Below are positions 36,298 through 46,592 of a DNA stretch of 64,000 nucleotides, piece after piece. Every line of letters starts with the position of its first letter. Position 1 is the stretch's first letter. A program made the translations under genes and the position numbers. The notes below the pieces were generated by a model. The model was not told where the DNA came from. It made no database searches and saw only the letters and a program-made list of their open reading frames with translations. This stretch comes from Planctomycetota bacterium (GTDB taxonomy: Bacteria; Planctomycetota; UBA1135; UBA2386). The DNA is taken from NCBI GenBank assembly GCA_016713175.1, contig JADJPQ010000029.1, forward strand, positions 23,703 through 87,702, read 5' to 3'.

Positions 36298-37533
36298 ATG
36301 AAGTCCCTCCTGCTCCCTCTCGCCGGCCTGGCGCTCGCCACCGCCGCCCTCGCCCAGACCCCTGACAACCTGATCGGCATCACCCGCACGACACCGATCC
36401 TCGCGCAACGCGACCACGCGGGTTGTGCCAACCTGCCGTTCTGCAACCCGCCCGGATTCCCGGCCGCGCCGGCCGTTCCGTACGCCGGTGGCACCGCGTG
36501 GGAACCGGCCCGCGAGGCGGCCTGGATCAGCAACGGGTTCCTGATGGCACTGGTCCGGCCGGGCGCCTGCAACTACCTGTGCCCGCCGTTCCCGGCGCCG
36601 CTGGTGTCGCCGAACGCGATGGTCACCGGCCTGGAACACTGCGAGAGCATCAACGAGACCTGGATCCTGGACTCGTTCGGCAACATCTATCGCTGTCCGT
36701 ACGCCTGTCCGCTGGTGCCGGTCGCGGTCTGCAACACCGGCCTGCCGCTGACCGCGACGAGCGCCACCGGCGGCCTCGCCGTCGACGAGAAGAACCGGAT
36801 CGTGTTCTACACCTACACCGACTGGACGACCTCCGCGACCCGCCTGTTCATGGCCACGATGGCGGCGCCGTGCACACCGTTCCAGATCGTCGCCGTGCCC
36901 GGTTGCGGCGGCATGCTGCTGCGCGGCGTCACCGGCCTGGCCGTCGATGCGTGCTCGCAGACCCTCTACCTGACCGACGGCGTCACCACGATGGGCTGGT
37001 CGTACACCGTGGCCGGTGGGCCGACGGTCGTGTTCGGCGCGCAGACCTGCTGCACGCTGCCGCCGCCGATGCCCGGTGACCAGATGATCGGCCTCGCGGT
37101 CCGGTCCGGCCGTCCGACCAGCACCGGCGCCACCTGCGCCAACGGCGCCTGCCCGGCTTGCCCGATGCTGCACGGGACAATCGGCAGCCCCAACCTCGGC
37201 AACGCCAACTTCACGCTCGATCTGCAGAGCGCGCCGCTCGGCGCGCTGGCCTGGTGCATCGTCGGCGTCGGCCCGTGCGTGCCGCCCGGTCCGTTCTTCC
37301 CGCCGCTGTGCGGTCCGATCCAGGCCGGTCCGATGCTCGGCACGCTCGGTCCGGTGCCGACCGGCGGCGGCGTCGGCTGCGGCGGCAGCGCCGCGTTCCC
37401 ACTCGGTCTGCCCATGATCCCGGGTCTGTGCGGCGCGGTGCTCAGTTCGCAGTGCGTCGCGTTCTGCTCGGCCGGCGGCATGATCGGCACGTCGCTGAGC
37501 AACTGCCTGACCTGGCAGATCCAGAGCAACTGA
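36298..37533 (+). CDS. Cys-rich secreted protein with the recurrent C-terminal domain
   Basis: Signal peptide MKSLLLPLAGLALATAALAQ. About 30 Cys. C-terminus contains SPNLGNANFTLDLQSAPLGALAW. Confidence 0.65.
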   Translation: MKSLLLPLAGLALATAALAQTPDNLIGITRTTPILAQRDHAGCANLPFCNPPGFPAAPAVPYAGGTAWEPAREAAWISNGFLMALVRPGACNYLCPPFPAPLVSPNAMVTGLEHCESINETWILDSFGNIYRCPYACPLVPVAVCNTGLPLTATSATGGLAVDEKNRIVFYTYTDWTTSATRLFMATMAAPCTPFQIVAVPGCGGMLLRGVTGLAVDACSQTLYLTDGVTTMGWSYTVAGGPTVVFGAQTCCTLPPPMPGDQMIGLAVRSGRPTSTGATCANGACPACPMLHGTIGSPNLGNANFTLDLQSAPLGALAWCIVGVGPCVPPGPFFPPLCGPIQAGPMLGTLGPVPTGGGVGCGGSAAFPLGLPMIPGLCGAVLSSQCVAFCSAGGMIGTSLSNCLTWQIQSN

Positions 37534-37556
37534 TCGCCGACGGCGCCCGCCCCGCG

Positions 37557-38159
37557 TCACCGCGGCGGATCGGGCGCATCGAGCAGCGCCGCCAGGCGCG
37601 CCAGGCCGCGGTAGACCAGGTTGCGCACGGCCCCTTCGCTGCGCTGCATCGCCGCGGCCAGGTCCGGATAGTCGACGCCCAGCATCTTGTGCGCGACGAC
37701 TGCCTCGCGGTAGTCGGGCTCGATCCGATCGAATGCCGCCTCGACGCGAGCCAGTTCTTCGCGCGCACTGGCGTGCCGGCTCGGGGTGCAGATCGAAGCG
37801 TAGTGCGACAGCACACTGGCCGCGCCGGCCGAGTCCGCCGCCGGCTGTTCGCGCCGGATGTCGCGCTTGTGCGCCTGCCAGTACTCGCGCCGGTTGATGA
37901 TCTTGTGCAGCGCGTGGCGGGCCAGCCAGTGGCGGAACTGTGGTTCGCCGCGGAACTCGAACCGGTCCAGATCGGCGAGCGCCTCGCCACACACCGACTG
38001 CACCAGATCGCAGATCGACTCGCGGGCCCGCACCGCGGCGCCGGCCTGCAGCCGGACGTAGGCTTCGAGTTGCGGCAAGGCGCGAACCAGCAGGTCGCCG
38101 AGCGCCTGCCGATCGCCGGCCGCGGCGCGCTGCAGCAGGGATGGCGACGGGTCGTTCAC
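37557..38159 (-). CDS. ECF-type RNA polymerase sigma factor
   Basis: Region 2 is DLVQSVCGEAL...FRHWLARHALHKIIN. Region 4 is DYPDLAAAMQRSEGAVRNLVYRGLARL. GTG at 38159 forms a GTGA overlap with the upstream stop. Confidence 0.8.
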   Translation of the reverse strand: MNDPSPSLLQRAAAGDRQALGDLLVRALPQLEAYVRLQAGAAVRARESICDLVQSVCGEALADLDRFEFRGEPQFRHWLARHALHKIINRREYWQAHKRDIRREQPAADSAGAASVLSHYASICTPSRHASAREELARVEAAFDRIEPDYREAVVAHKMLGVDYPDLAAAMQRSEGAVRNLVYRGLARLAALLDAPDPPR

Positions 38160-39661
38160 AGGCTAATGCGCAACAGCCGCGACAGCATCACCGAGTTGCC
38201 GTCGGCTGCGACCCACTGGAAGTCCATCTGCGCGCCCCACAGACCGCCCTGCGGCGGCGACGGAATCGACCAGGGCACGGTCAACGTCGGCGCGGACACG
38301 ATGCCGACCGTCAAGGTCACCGCGGACGCCAACGGCAGGTTCATGCCGTTCGGGCCCGGGAAGCCCAGCAGCAGGCCATACAGTCCTACACCGAAGGTCG
38401 TCGGCAGCCCGCTGACCGACACTGCGTAGGAACTGGTGACCGGCGCCGAGGTCGTCGCGAACACCGAGCCATGCATCGTCGTCGGGAACGGCACGTCGCC
38501 ACGACAGTCCTTCAGATACGCGGCCACCCATGGCGTCGGCCCGCCGTTGCCGGGATCGAGTTCGCACACGGCATCGATGTCACCCGTTCCACCGGCGCCC
38601 GCGACCTTGGCAACCGGCTGAACGCCGTCGGTGCCTGGATCGTAGAGCAACGGCCGGGCCGTCACGAACGTCGGGGGTGTCGGTGCCGGGTGCAGCGCAA
38701 ACCCGGCGACCATCAGTTGATGGCCGAGCAGGTTGCGCGCGGGCGTGCGACGCAGCGACAGCAGCAGCTTGCCGCCACCATCGACCGCCAACGCATCGAT
38801 GTCGTCGTCGAAGTTCAAGCCGAGTTCGGCGTAGGTGGCGAAGACATCCGGCGTCGACCATCCCGCACCGGTCCAGCGCAGGTGCAGGATCGTCGCGCCA
38901 CTTGGCAACGGATGCGTCACCGGCACGCTACCGCGCGTCTGGAACCAGCTCTGGATGGTCGGATTGGTCGTCGTGCTCGCGAACGCGTGGGGCAGCGAGA
39001 AGAAGAAGAACGGGTTCGGGTCGAGCGCGCCGTCGGCGATGCCACTTTCGTAGGCCGGAAAGAACGCGTCGAAGTCGCCCAGCTCTGGCAGCGTCAGCGT
39101 CGCGCGGAAGCCGATCTCGGCGCTGTCGTTCGCCCGTTCGGCAACTGCGATCTCCGCGCATGCCGGCACGACCGAAAGGTCGCTGCCCGGCACGAAGAAC
39201 GTGAACATGTCGCCACCACACCCCTCGGCCCGGCCGTGCTCCTGCACCACCACCGGGGCGTCGCCGCCCGGGGTCTCACGCGTGACCGAGAAGGCGATCG
39301 CACTCCAGCCGCCCCAGCTCGGGACGGTGACCATGCCGGTCGACGGATCGGCCCAGATGCCGTTGTACTGCGAGGACACCGCATCCAGCCGGAAACCGGT
39401 CGGCAGCGGCGACAGCCCGGCGAACAGCGCCGCCATCGTGAAGTCGGGCGCCGCGGTCGGCGTGTCGACCAACGGCGTGAACCCGGCGCGCTTCAGGTAG
39501 GTCCGGCGTTGCACCAGCAACCGACCGTCCGTGGTCGGTCCCGGTCCACGCGTCTCGTCGTTGCCGACGACGAAGATGGCCGGCAACCCGACGAACGGAC
39601 CGGTACTGACCTGGGCGCCGAGGCCCACGGCAAACACCCCGATGACCAAGGGTATGCGCAT
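38156..39661 (-). CDS. Secreted hypothetical protein (weaker member of the C-terminal-domain set)
   Basis: ATG at 39661 is preceded by AGGAG. Signal peptide MRIPLVIGVFAVGLGAQ. No known domain recognised. Confidence 0.65.
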   Translation of the reverse strand: MRIPLVIGVFAVGLGAQVSTGPFVGLPAIFVVGNDETRGPGPTTDGRLLVQRRTYLKRAGFTPLVDTPTAAPDFTMAALFAGLSPLPTGFRLDAVSSQYNGIWADPSTGMVTVPSWGGWSAIAFSVTRETPGGDAPVVVQEHGRAEGCGGDMFTFFVPGSDLSVVPACAEIAVAERANDSAEIGFRATLTLPELGDFDAFFPAYESGIADGALDPNPFFFFSLPHAFASTTTNPTIQSWFQTRGSVPVTHPLPSGATILHLRWTGAGWSTPDVFATYAELGLNFDDDIDALAVDGGGKLLLSLRRTPARNLLGHQLMVAGFALHPAPTPPTFVTARPLLYDPGTDGVQPVAKVAGAGGTGDIDAVCELDPGNGGPTPWVAAYLKDCRGDVPFPTTMHGSVFATTSAPVTSSYAVSVSGLPTTFGVGLYGLLLGFPGPNGMNLPLASAVTLTVGIVSAPTLTVPWSIPSPPQGGLWGAQMDFQWVAADGNSVMLSRLLRISL

Positions 39662-39729
39662 GACGACTCCTGGACAAAACGACACCGACAAGCGAGACGA
39701 ACGCTGGTCGGCAGCATACCCATCCCCGG

Positions 39730-42369
39730 TCAACGCGGGCGGTCCGGCTCGATCTCGCGGCACAACCGCAGGCCCGAACTGGCGCCAGCCGTGGTCACCG
39801 CCACCGCGTTGCGCAGCGTCGCTCGCGCCGCCAACCAGGTCGACATGAAGGAACCGCCGCGCAGATCCCGGCGCGATGGTTCCAGCACCTCCCCGGCCCG
39901 AACCGGTTCGACGGCGCCGTCACCGTGGCGCGGTCGCGCGTCGACGTACTTGTGGTACGGGTCGGCCGTGTACTCCCTGACGTTGCCGAGCATGTGATGC
40001 AACCCGAATGGGTTGGCCCGCAGCGAGTCCACCGGCGCCGTCAGCGGCCAGGTGTCATCGAACGGCACTGCCCCGCCCTCCCCCTGCGGGACGCCTTTGC
40101 CCCGCACGAAGGATTCATCCGCCAGGTTCTCAGCGCCCTCGATCGGCGTCACCGAGTAACCGGTCCACCACGGTGCGTCGCCATGGGCCCGTGCCGCATG
40201 CTCCCACCGCGCCGACGACGGCAGACAACCACCGAGTCGTCGCGCGGCTTCGGCTGCCGCCCGCCAATCGATCGTGTTGACCGGATGCACCGGTGTCACC
40301 CCACGCGCCCCCGAACTCTCGGCGCTGAACTGTGACGGATTGCTGCGAAACAGCCGCCCCCACTGTGCCTGCGTCAATTCGTACTTGGCCAGGAAGTACG
40401 GCTCCAGCCGAACGCGCAGCGCGCGCCCAGGCGAGCCCCCTTCCGCTGTCGCTTCGTACTCCGAGTCGTGCGGTGCATACGGCAGCCGAGCATCGGTCGG
40501 CGCCACGCCGAGCGTCACCTCCCCACCCGGAATCAGCACCAGCACGACCCCAGTGTCCGCCTCGATCCGCCACCGCCCATCGACCCGCTCGGGCAACCGT
40601 TCGTCGGGTTGCAGCAGCGCGAACTCCCACAGACCGGACGTCGGATCCGGCCCCAGTGGCCACAACCCGACCTGCGGCAGCAGATGCAAGCCACCATAGC
40701 GCTCGGCAATCGCCGCGCTCGCGTTCGCCCAAGCCGCGGACTGTTCGTCGACGCTGCGCTGTCGCAGCGAAGCGGCAAAGGCACGGCGGCTGGCGACCGC
40801 CGTGCTCACCCCATCGGTCTGCAGCCGCGTCAACTCGGCCAGCAGCAGACCGATCTGGCGGTGCAAGAACGCATCGCGCGGCGATACCTGCTGCAACTCA
40901 CCGTCGACGACCACACCACCGGCCGCCACGTCGTCGCGTTGCGCTTCGAACCTCGGTCGTTGCGCCACGATCGCCTCGTACTCGGTGAGCCAGCGATCCA
41001 TCGCCCCCAACTGCGCCGGCAGCGCCGGCCAGGTGTCGGTCGGCGCACGCGCCACCAGTCGTTCGAGGTCGAGGGCGACCTGCAGCGTGTCGAAACGATC
41101 GAGGCTCCGCACCGCCTGCGCGCGGGACTCGAGGGACACGACCAGCGCCACCAACAACCCGAGAACCGTCAGCAGCGACGCCGCCACCACGACGCGATGG
41201 CGGCGGACGAATTTCCGGACGTGATAGAACGTCGACGGCGGGCCGGCCATCACCGGTCGGCCGGCCAGATGCCGCCGCAGATCGGCCGCCAGCTCGGACA
41301 CCGACGCGTAACGTTCGTTGCGTTCGCGGGCGATCGCCTTGCCGACGATCCAATCGAGGTCACCGCGCAGTTGTCGTTCGAGTGCGGCCACCGTGGTGCC
41401 CGTTGCCGCCGTGATCGCCTCGGCGATGCCCGGTTCACGCAATCGCCGACTCGGCGGCAACGGCGTCCCGACCGCGATCGCCTGTTGCATCGCCAGGAAC
41501 CCCTGCTGCCGCAACGTCGCGAAGTCGAACGGCAGGACGCCGCACAGCAGTTCGTAGGCGATCGTGCCGAGCGCGTAGACATCGGCCCGCGTGTCGACCC
41601 CGTCCGGCCCCGGCAGCGCCTGCTCCGGGCTCATGTACTCCGGGGTGCCGAGTACCTGCCCCGCTTCGGTCAACATCGCGCCGGCCAGCGGTTCCTGCAG
41701 CGCCTTGGCCAGGCCGAAGTCGATCACCTTGACCACCGGCCCGGTGCGTTCGCAGACCAGCACGTTGCCGGGTTTCAGATCGCGATGCAGGATGCCGCGC
41801 TGATGCGCATGCTGCACGGCGTCGCACAGCTGCAGCAGCAGGTGCAGACGTGCAGGCACGGCCAAGCGCCGCTCCTTGCAGAACACCTGCAATGGCTGGC
41901 CGTCGACGAACTCCATCGCAAACCACGGTCGGCCGTCGTCCGTCGTACCCGCCTCGAACACCTGGGCGATGCCGGGGTGGCTGAGCTGCGCCAGAGCCTG
42001 TCGTTCCGCCTGGAAGCGGGCCAGCGCATGCCCGCCGCCGAGCCGTTCGTGCATCAGCTTCAGCGCCACCAGACGCCGGACCGGTTGCTCCTGATCGGCC
42101 AGCCACACCTGCCCCATCCCGCCGGCCCCGAGTTCGCGCCGCAGCGTGAACGCGCCGATGCGGCGATCGGCGATCGTCGGCTTGTCGAGCAGCCCCATCC
42201 GCTGCAGCGCGGTGTAGCGCCGTCGCAGGGCGTCGGCATGCTCGGGATGGCGCGCGCACAGTTCCGGCAACGGATCCCCACCGCCGTGGCTGAACCGCGC
42301 CAGACAATCTGCCAACAACGTCTCCAACGACGGCGGATCGCGATCGGGGACGGACGACGCGGAGGCCAT
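39730..42369 (-). CDS. Ser/Thr protein kinase with a TM segment and a C-terminal FGE-sulfatase (SUMF1-like) domain
   Basis: GAGGMGQVWLA, HRDLKPGNVL, DFGLAK, SPEQ. C-terminus RGGSF...LRLCRE, of FGE type. ATG at 42369. Confidence 0.85.
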   Translation of the reverse strand: MASASSVPDRDPPSLETLLADCLARFSHGGGDPLPELCARHPEHADALRRRYTALQRMGLLDKPTIADRRIGAFTLRRELGAGGMGQVWLADQEQPVRRLVALKLMHERLGGGHALARFQAERQALAQLSHPGIAQVFEAGTTDDGRPWFAMEFVDGQPLQVFCKERRLAVPARLHLLLQLCDAVQHAHQRGILHRDLKPGNVLVCERTGPVVKVIDFGLAKALQEPLAGAMLTEAGQVLGTPEYMSPEQALPGPDGVDTRADVYALGTIAYELLCGVLPFDFATLRQQGFLAMQQAIAVGTPLPPSRRLREPGIAEAITAATGTTVAALERQLRGDLDWIVGKAIARERNERYASVSELAADLRRHLAGRPVMAGPPSTFYHVRKFVRRHRVVVAASLLTVLGLLVALVVSLESRAQAVRSLDRFDTLQVALDLERLVARAPTDTWPALPAQLGAMDRWLTEYEAIVAQRPRFEAQRDDVAAGGVVVDGELQQVSPRDAFLHRQIGLLLAELTRLQTDGVSTAVASRRAFAASLRQRSVDEQSAAWANASAAIAERYGGLHLLPQVGLWPLGPDPTSGLWEFALLQPDERLPERVDGRWRIEADTGVVLVLIPGGEVTLGVAPTDARLPYAPHDSEYEATAEGGSPGRALRVRLEPYFLAKYELTQAQWGRLFRSNPSQFSAESSGARGVTPVHPVNTIDWRAAAEAARRLGGCLPSSARWEHAARAHGDAPWWTGYSVTPIEGAENLADESFVRGKGVPQGEGGAVPFDDTWPLTAPVDSLRANPFGLHHMLGNVREYTADPYHKYVDARPRHGDGAVEPVRAGEVLEPSRRDLRGGSFMSTWLAARATLRNAVAVTTAGASSGLRLCREIEPDRPR

Positions 42370-42406
42370 CCCCTGACCATACCGCCGCGGCAACCGCGCG
42401 AAACCG

Positions 42407-42435
42407 GGTGACAGATCCCGGTCTCGGCTGCTGGT
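42407..42435 (+). promoter_or_regulatory. Bipartite motif GGTGACAG-N13-CTGCTGGT (candidate promoter), copy 1
   Basis: Lies 51 nt upstream of the ATG at 42486. The same architecture occurs at 48559-48587 and 49575-49603 on the minus strand. Confidence 0.45.
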
Positions 42436-42485
42436 TCCGGTGGAGCCGGCTCCCGGCCCCATCCCCTGATCAACCGAGGTCTGCG

Positions 42486-43646
42486 ATGAACCGTCTGCCT
42501 GGTCTGTGCGTACTCTTGTCCGTTCCTTTGGCCCACCTGACCGCCCAGAACCTGCTGAGCTACCGCCCGAACGGCCCCCTGAGCCGCCTGCTCGAGGCGC
42601 CGGCGGCGAGCCCGGCCTGGGTGCCCCCCGGGGGCGGCCCGGGCGTCGGCGTCGGCGTGATGAACGGCCCGCCGCGGCCGGTGCCGCCGGCGCTGCTCGG
42701 CGCGGTCGAGGTCGACAGCACCAGTGGACTGGTGTTCTCCACCAACGGGCAGCTCAGCATCGAGCGTTCGTTCTACCCACGTCTGGGCTGCACGCCGCCG
42801 GCAGCGCTGCCCTCGCTGCCGATACCTGCGCCCGTTGGCTCCGTGACTGGCATGGCATTCGATCCGGTGCTTCACCACCTGTTCTTGACCAACGGCGGAA
42901 TGATCTTCGAGGTCGACCCGGCCGCCGGCATGACCATCGTGTGCATGTGGCCGGCGGCGATCCTGAACATCCTGACCGGGCTCGACTTCGACCCCGCGCA
43001 TCCCGATCGCCTGATGGCTGTGACTTCGGCTGGGGAAGTGGCGATCTACAGCCGCTGCGGCATGCTGCTGTCGGCGGTCGGCCCGGGCTACCCGTTTCCG
43101 GGTGGTAACGCCGTCGGCATTGCCCGCGACCGATCGGACTGCGTTGCCTCGTCGGTGTACGTGCTGTGGGACAACGGCGATACCTACGACCACGGCCTCA
43201 GCGCGCTGCACCACGCTGGCGGCGGTGGCCGTGTCGGCCTGACCTACGCTGCGACGCCGACCTACCTGCCGAGCGCCGGGGCCTGCGGCGGCAGCGATCC
43301 GGACGGTCGGATTGCGCAGTTCGCGGTCGAAGACGAACCCGGCTTCGCCATCGAGGTGTGCGGCCTGGCGGCGGGCTTGCCGTTCGCGGCGCTGTTGATC
43401 GACCTGCCGCCGGCACCGATCGGGGTCGCGCTGCCGGGCATCTGCGGCACGACGTGGGTACCGATCCCGGCACTGTTCGTCGGCTTCGCACCGGTTGCCC
43501 CGGGCGCGACGACCGCATCGGTACCGTTGCCGCTGCCGCCGGGCCTGTGCGGCCTGCGGCTCTACGCGCAGTGGTTCGCGCCGTGTGCCGGCCCGTGTGG
43601 GTATGCGACCTCGGACGGCATGCAACTCGAGATCTCGCGACGGTAG
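42486..43646 (+). CDS. Secreted protein, paralog-like to 36298-37533, with the recurrent C-terminal domain
   Basis: Signal peptide MNRLPGLCVLLSVPLAHLTAQ. VTGMAFDP...LFLTNGG resembles VTGLEHC...ILDSFGN of 36298-37533. C-terminus contains GACGGS...LPGICGTTW...LYAQW. Confidence 0.65.
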   Translation: MNRLPGLCVLLSVPLAHLTAQNLLSYRPNGPLSRLLEAPAASPAWVPPGGGPGVGVGVMNGPPRPVPPALLGAVEVDSTSGLVFSTNGQLSIERSFYPRLGCTPPAALPSLPIPAPVGSVTGMAFDPVLHHLFLTNGGMIFEVDPAAGMTIVCMWPAAILNILTGLDFDPAHPDRLMAVTSAGEVAIYSRCGMLLSAVGPGYPFPGGNAVGIARDRSDCVASSVYVLWDNGDTYDHGLSALHHAGGGGRVGLTYAATPTYLPSAGACGGSDPDGRIAQFAVEDEPGFAIEVCGLAAGLPFAALLIDLPPAPIGVALPGICGTTWVPIPALFVGFAPVAPGATTASVPLPLPPGLCGLRLYAQWFAPCAGPCGYATSDGMQLEISRR

Positions 43647-43718
43647 GGCGAAACCCGGCGAGGCGCCGGGGCTAACATCGAAGGCGCCGCGGGCCCGGGT
43701 CGGCGCCAACAACGAGCC

Positions 43719-46508
43719 GTGAACGACGTCGACGAACCGGATGGCACGCTGGACGAAGCCGATGCCCGGCGCCTGGAAAGCCTGGTCGCGATGTGCCTTG
43801 CCGCTCACGAAGCCGGCGATGCATCTGCTTTCGAACGAACCCAGGCCAGCGCCCAGCGCCTGCGACCCTGGCTGCAGCGTCGACTGTCGACGTTGCAGCG
43901 GCTCGGTATGACGACCGCGACATCGCCGATGAACATCGGTCCGTACCGCCTGGTCCGCGTGATCGGCGAGGGCGGCATGGGGACGGTCTGGCTTGCCGAA
44001 CAACAACAGCCCGTGCGACGACAAGTCGCGGTCAAAGTGATCCGGGCTGGCCTGAACAGCGACGCGCTGCTCGCTCGTTTCGCCGGCGAACGCCAGGCGC
44101 TGGCGATGATGGATCACGACGGGATCGCCAAGGTGTTCGACGGCGGCACCACGCCGGCGGGGGCGCCCTACTTCGCGATGGAACTGGTGCACGGCGAGCC
44201 GCTGACGGCGTTCTGCGATCGCCATCGACTGGACCTGCGGGCGCGGATCGGCCTGCTTCGCCAGGTCTGCGCGGCAGTCACGCACGCTCACCAGAAAGGG
44301 GTGATCCACCGCGATCTGAAGCCCGGCAACATGCTGGTGAGTGGCGATGCAGCCAACCCACGGGTCAAGGTCATCGACTTCGGACTCGCCAAGATCCTCG
44401 CCGACGGCGTGGCCGAGGGGAACGCGACCAGCCCCGGTCACCTGCTCGGGACTCCTGGCTACATCGCGCCCGAACAAGCGGGCCCGGCCAACCTCGATCT
44501 CGACATCCGCGTCGACATCTGGTCCCTCGGCGCCGTGGCCTACGAACTGTTGGCCGGCTTGCAGCCGTTCTCGATGCCGCGACGGCGCGACGGCGGGCTC
44601 GCCCAGCTGCAGCGCCGATTGCAGGCGGGCCCGGTGCCGGCCAGCAGTCGCTTCGCCGCCCTGCCGGTGGCCACGGCATCGACGATCGCGACCCACCGAC
44701 GAACGTCGACGACCAGATTGCGGCGCTCGCTGCACGGCGACCTCGACTGGATCCTCAACCTGGCCTTGGACCCTGATCGCGAGCGCCGCTACCCCTCGGC
44801 CGCAGCCTTCGCCGAAGACCTGCAGCGTCATCTCGACGAACTGCCGGTGATCGCCGGCCCACCGGGAACGGCATACCGACTGCGCAAAGCGCTGTCCCGC
44901 TATCGTCACGTCGTGGCCGTGGCGGCGTTGGTATTGGTCACCCTGCTGGCCGGACTGCTGACCACGTGGCGGCAGTATCGCCGCGCCGAGCGCGAGGCCA
45001 CCTCCAACGCCAGGCTGGTGCAGGAACTGCATGCGGCCATCCGTGCTGAGACCGCTGCCAGGGTCGAAGTCGAGAACCAGAACCGGTTGCTGGAGGAGGT
45101 CGTCAGCTTTCTCGGCGAGCAGCTCGGTGACGTCGATCCGGCCGCAATCGGTCGCGGCTGGCGGCATGCCCTCCTGGCCGCCGTCGACGAACCGCAGCGC
45201 GCGGCGGTGACCGAACTGCTGGCGGACGTACCGTTCACCGACCTGGCGGTCTCGTCGCTGTGCGACCACCAGTTGGCCCATGCGCTGGTCGCGATCGACC
45301 AACGGTTCGCGACCCAGCCGTGTACGCGAGCGCAACTGCTGCAAACCGTCGCGGACGTCCTGCGCTCGATCGGAGCCAACGCGGCAGCCATCGCGCCGCA
45401 AACCACGGCGGCCACCTTGCGGCAGGCCGAACTGGGCGACGGCCACCCGGACACCCTGAGGAGCCTCGGCAACCTGGCCCTGTTGTTCCACGAACTGGCG
45501 CAGCCAGACGCGGCGGCGCCGCTGTTCGCGCGCGCGTTCGCGATCAGCCAGCGCACGCTTGGCGACGAGCATCCCGCCACACTGCTGGCCCGGGCCAATT
45601 TCGGCAGTTTCCTGCTGGCCAGCGGTGAGCTTGCTGCTGCCGAGGAGCATCTGGTGGAAGTTCTGCGGCAACGGACCTTGCACGGCGTCGACGCCGACAC
45701 CACCGCCTCGGCCCATCAGGCCATGGCCAGGCTGCGCGCCGCACAGCGACAACCGCAGGCGGCGCGTACGCATGCCGAAATGGCGCTGGCCGCCCGGCGA
45801 CGCGCGCTGGGCAACGACCATCCGGCCACGCTCGCGGCGCTCGTCAACGTCGGCGCACTGCAACGCCAGACCGGTGACCTGGATGCGGCGCACACGACGC
45901 TCGTCGACGCGGTCGATCGACTCGGTCGACAACGTGGCCAGGAACACCCGGAGACGGCAACCGCCCGGCACAACCTGGCCGCGGTGCTGGCGGCGCGCGG
46001 CCAACTCGATGCGGCCGTTGCGCACTACGAAGCCGCCGCCGCGGTGCGCCTCGCCACTCGCGGCCGGGCGCATCTCGAGACCCTGACCACCGCGATCAAC
46101 CTCGCCGGCGTACTGCTGCGCTTGCACCGCCCCAAGCGGGCGATCGACCTGCTGACACCAACCACCGCTGCCGCCCGTCGAGTGTTGGTCGGCGGCCATC
46201 TGCAGCACCGTGTCCTGTGGTTGCGCACGCTCGGCACCGCACACGCTCAGATCGGCACCCCGGCTGACCTGGCGGCGGCGAGTGACTGCCTGAGCGAAGC
46301 GCAGGAGCTGTTCGAGGCCAGTCCGATCGCCGACCCGCAGCAGGCACACCGCAACGCGCGTCAGCTGGTTGCGGTGTACTCGGCCCGGCGGCAGCACGAA
46401 TCGACGCCAGAGATCGAACAGGGATTGGAGCGTTGGCGTCGGCGAGTGGCCGACCCGACAGCCGGGTCAGCGGAAGTCAAGAGCGCCAGCGGACATCGGC
46501 CTCAGTAG
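43719..46508 (+). CDS. Ser/Thr protein kinase with a TM segment and C-terminal TPR repeats
   Basis: GEGGMGTVWLA, HRDLKPGNML, DFGLAK, APEQ. Repeated ...HPDTLRSLGNLA... and ...HPATL... TPR-like units. GTG start at 43719. Confidence 0.85.
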   Translation: MNDVDEPDGTLDEADARRLESLVAMCLAAHEAGDASAFERTQASAQRLRPWLQRRLSTLQRLGMTTATSPMNIGPYRLVRVIGEGGMGTVWLAEQQQPVRRQVAVKVIRAGLNSDALLARFAGERQALAMMDHDGIAKVFDGGTTPAGAPYFAMELVHGEPLTAFCDRHRLDLRARIGLLRQVCAAVTHAHQKGVIHRDLKPGNMLVSGDAANPRVKVIDFGLAKILADGVAEGNATSPGHLLGTPGYIAPEQAGPANLDLDIRVDIWSLGAVAYELLAGLQPFSMPRRRDGGLAQLQRRLQAGPVPASSRFAALPVATASTIATHRRTSTTRLRRSLHGDLDWILNLALDPDRERRYPSAAAFAEDLQRHLDELPVIAGPPGTAYRLRKALSRYRHVVAVAALVLVTLLAGLLTTWRQYRRAEREATSNARLVQELHAAIRAETAARVEVENQNRLLEEVVSFLGEQLGDVDPAAIGRGWRHALLAAVDEPQRAAVTELLADVPFTDLAVSSLCDHQLAHALVAIDQRFATQPCTRAQLLQTVADVLRSIGANAAAIAPQTTAATLRQAELGDGHPDTLRSLGNLALLFHELAQPDAAAPLFARAFAISQRTLGDEHPATLLARANFGSFLLASGELAAAEEHLVEVLRQRTLHGVDADTTASAHQAMARLRAAQRQPQAARTHAEMALAARRRALGNDHPATLAALVNVGALQRQTGDLDAAHTTLVDAVDRLGRQRGQEHPETATARHNLAAVLAARGQLDAAVAHYEAAAAVRLATRGRAHLETLTTAINLAGVLLRLHRPKRAIDLLTPTTAAARRVLVGGHLQHRVLWLRTLGTAHAQIGTPADLAAASDCLSEAQELFEASPIADPQQAHRNARQLVAVYSARRQHESTPEIEQGLERWRRRVADPTAGSAEVKSASGHRPQ

Positions 46509-46570
46509 GCCGATCGCCACCGGGCCGACAAGCCTGCTGCCGCGGGCCCGGCCGATCGTTCATCGTTCCC

Positions 46571-46592
46571 GCCCGGCAGTGGTCTGTCGGGC
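46571..46592. terminator. Hairpin between convergent genes (possible bidirectional terminator)
   Basis: GCCCGGCAG (46571-46579) pairs with CUGUCGGGC (46584-46592): 9 bp including one G-U, with a UGGU loop. It abuts the stop of the minus-strand gene. No T-tract. Confidence 0.4.

Noticed and set aside
42060-46397. 1445-aa minus-strand ORF
   Set aside because: It lies antisense to the secreted-protein gene and the STK-TPR kinase, which has unambiguous kinase motifs. Its composition is Arg-rich shadow. The same reasoning applies to 6280-9273 (+), 17978-20941 (+), 35140-37992 (-), 50883-53465 (+), 56591-58561 (- upstream part) and 13738-15567 (-).
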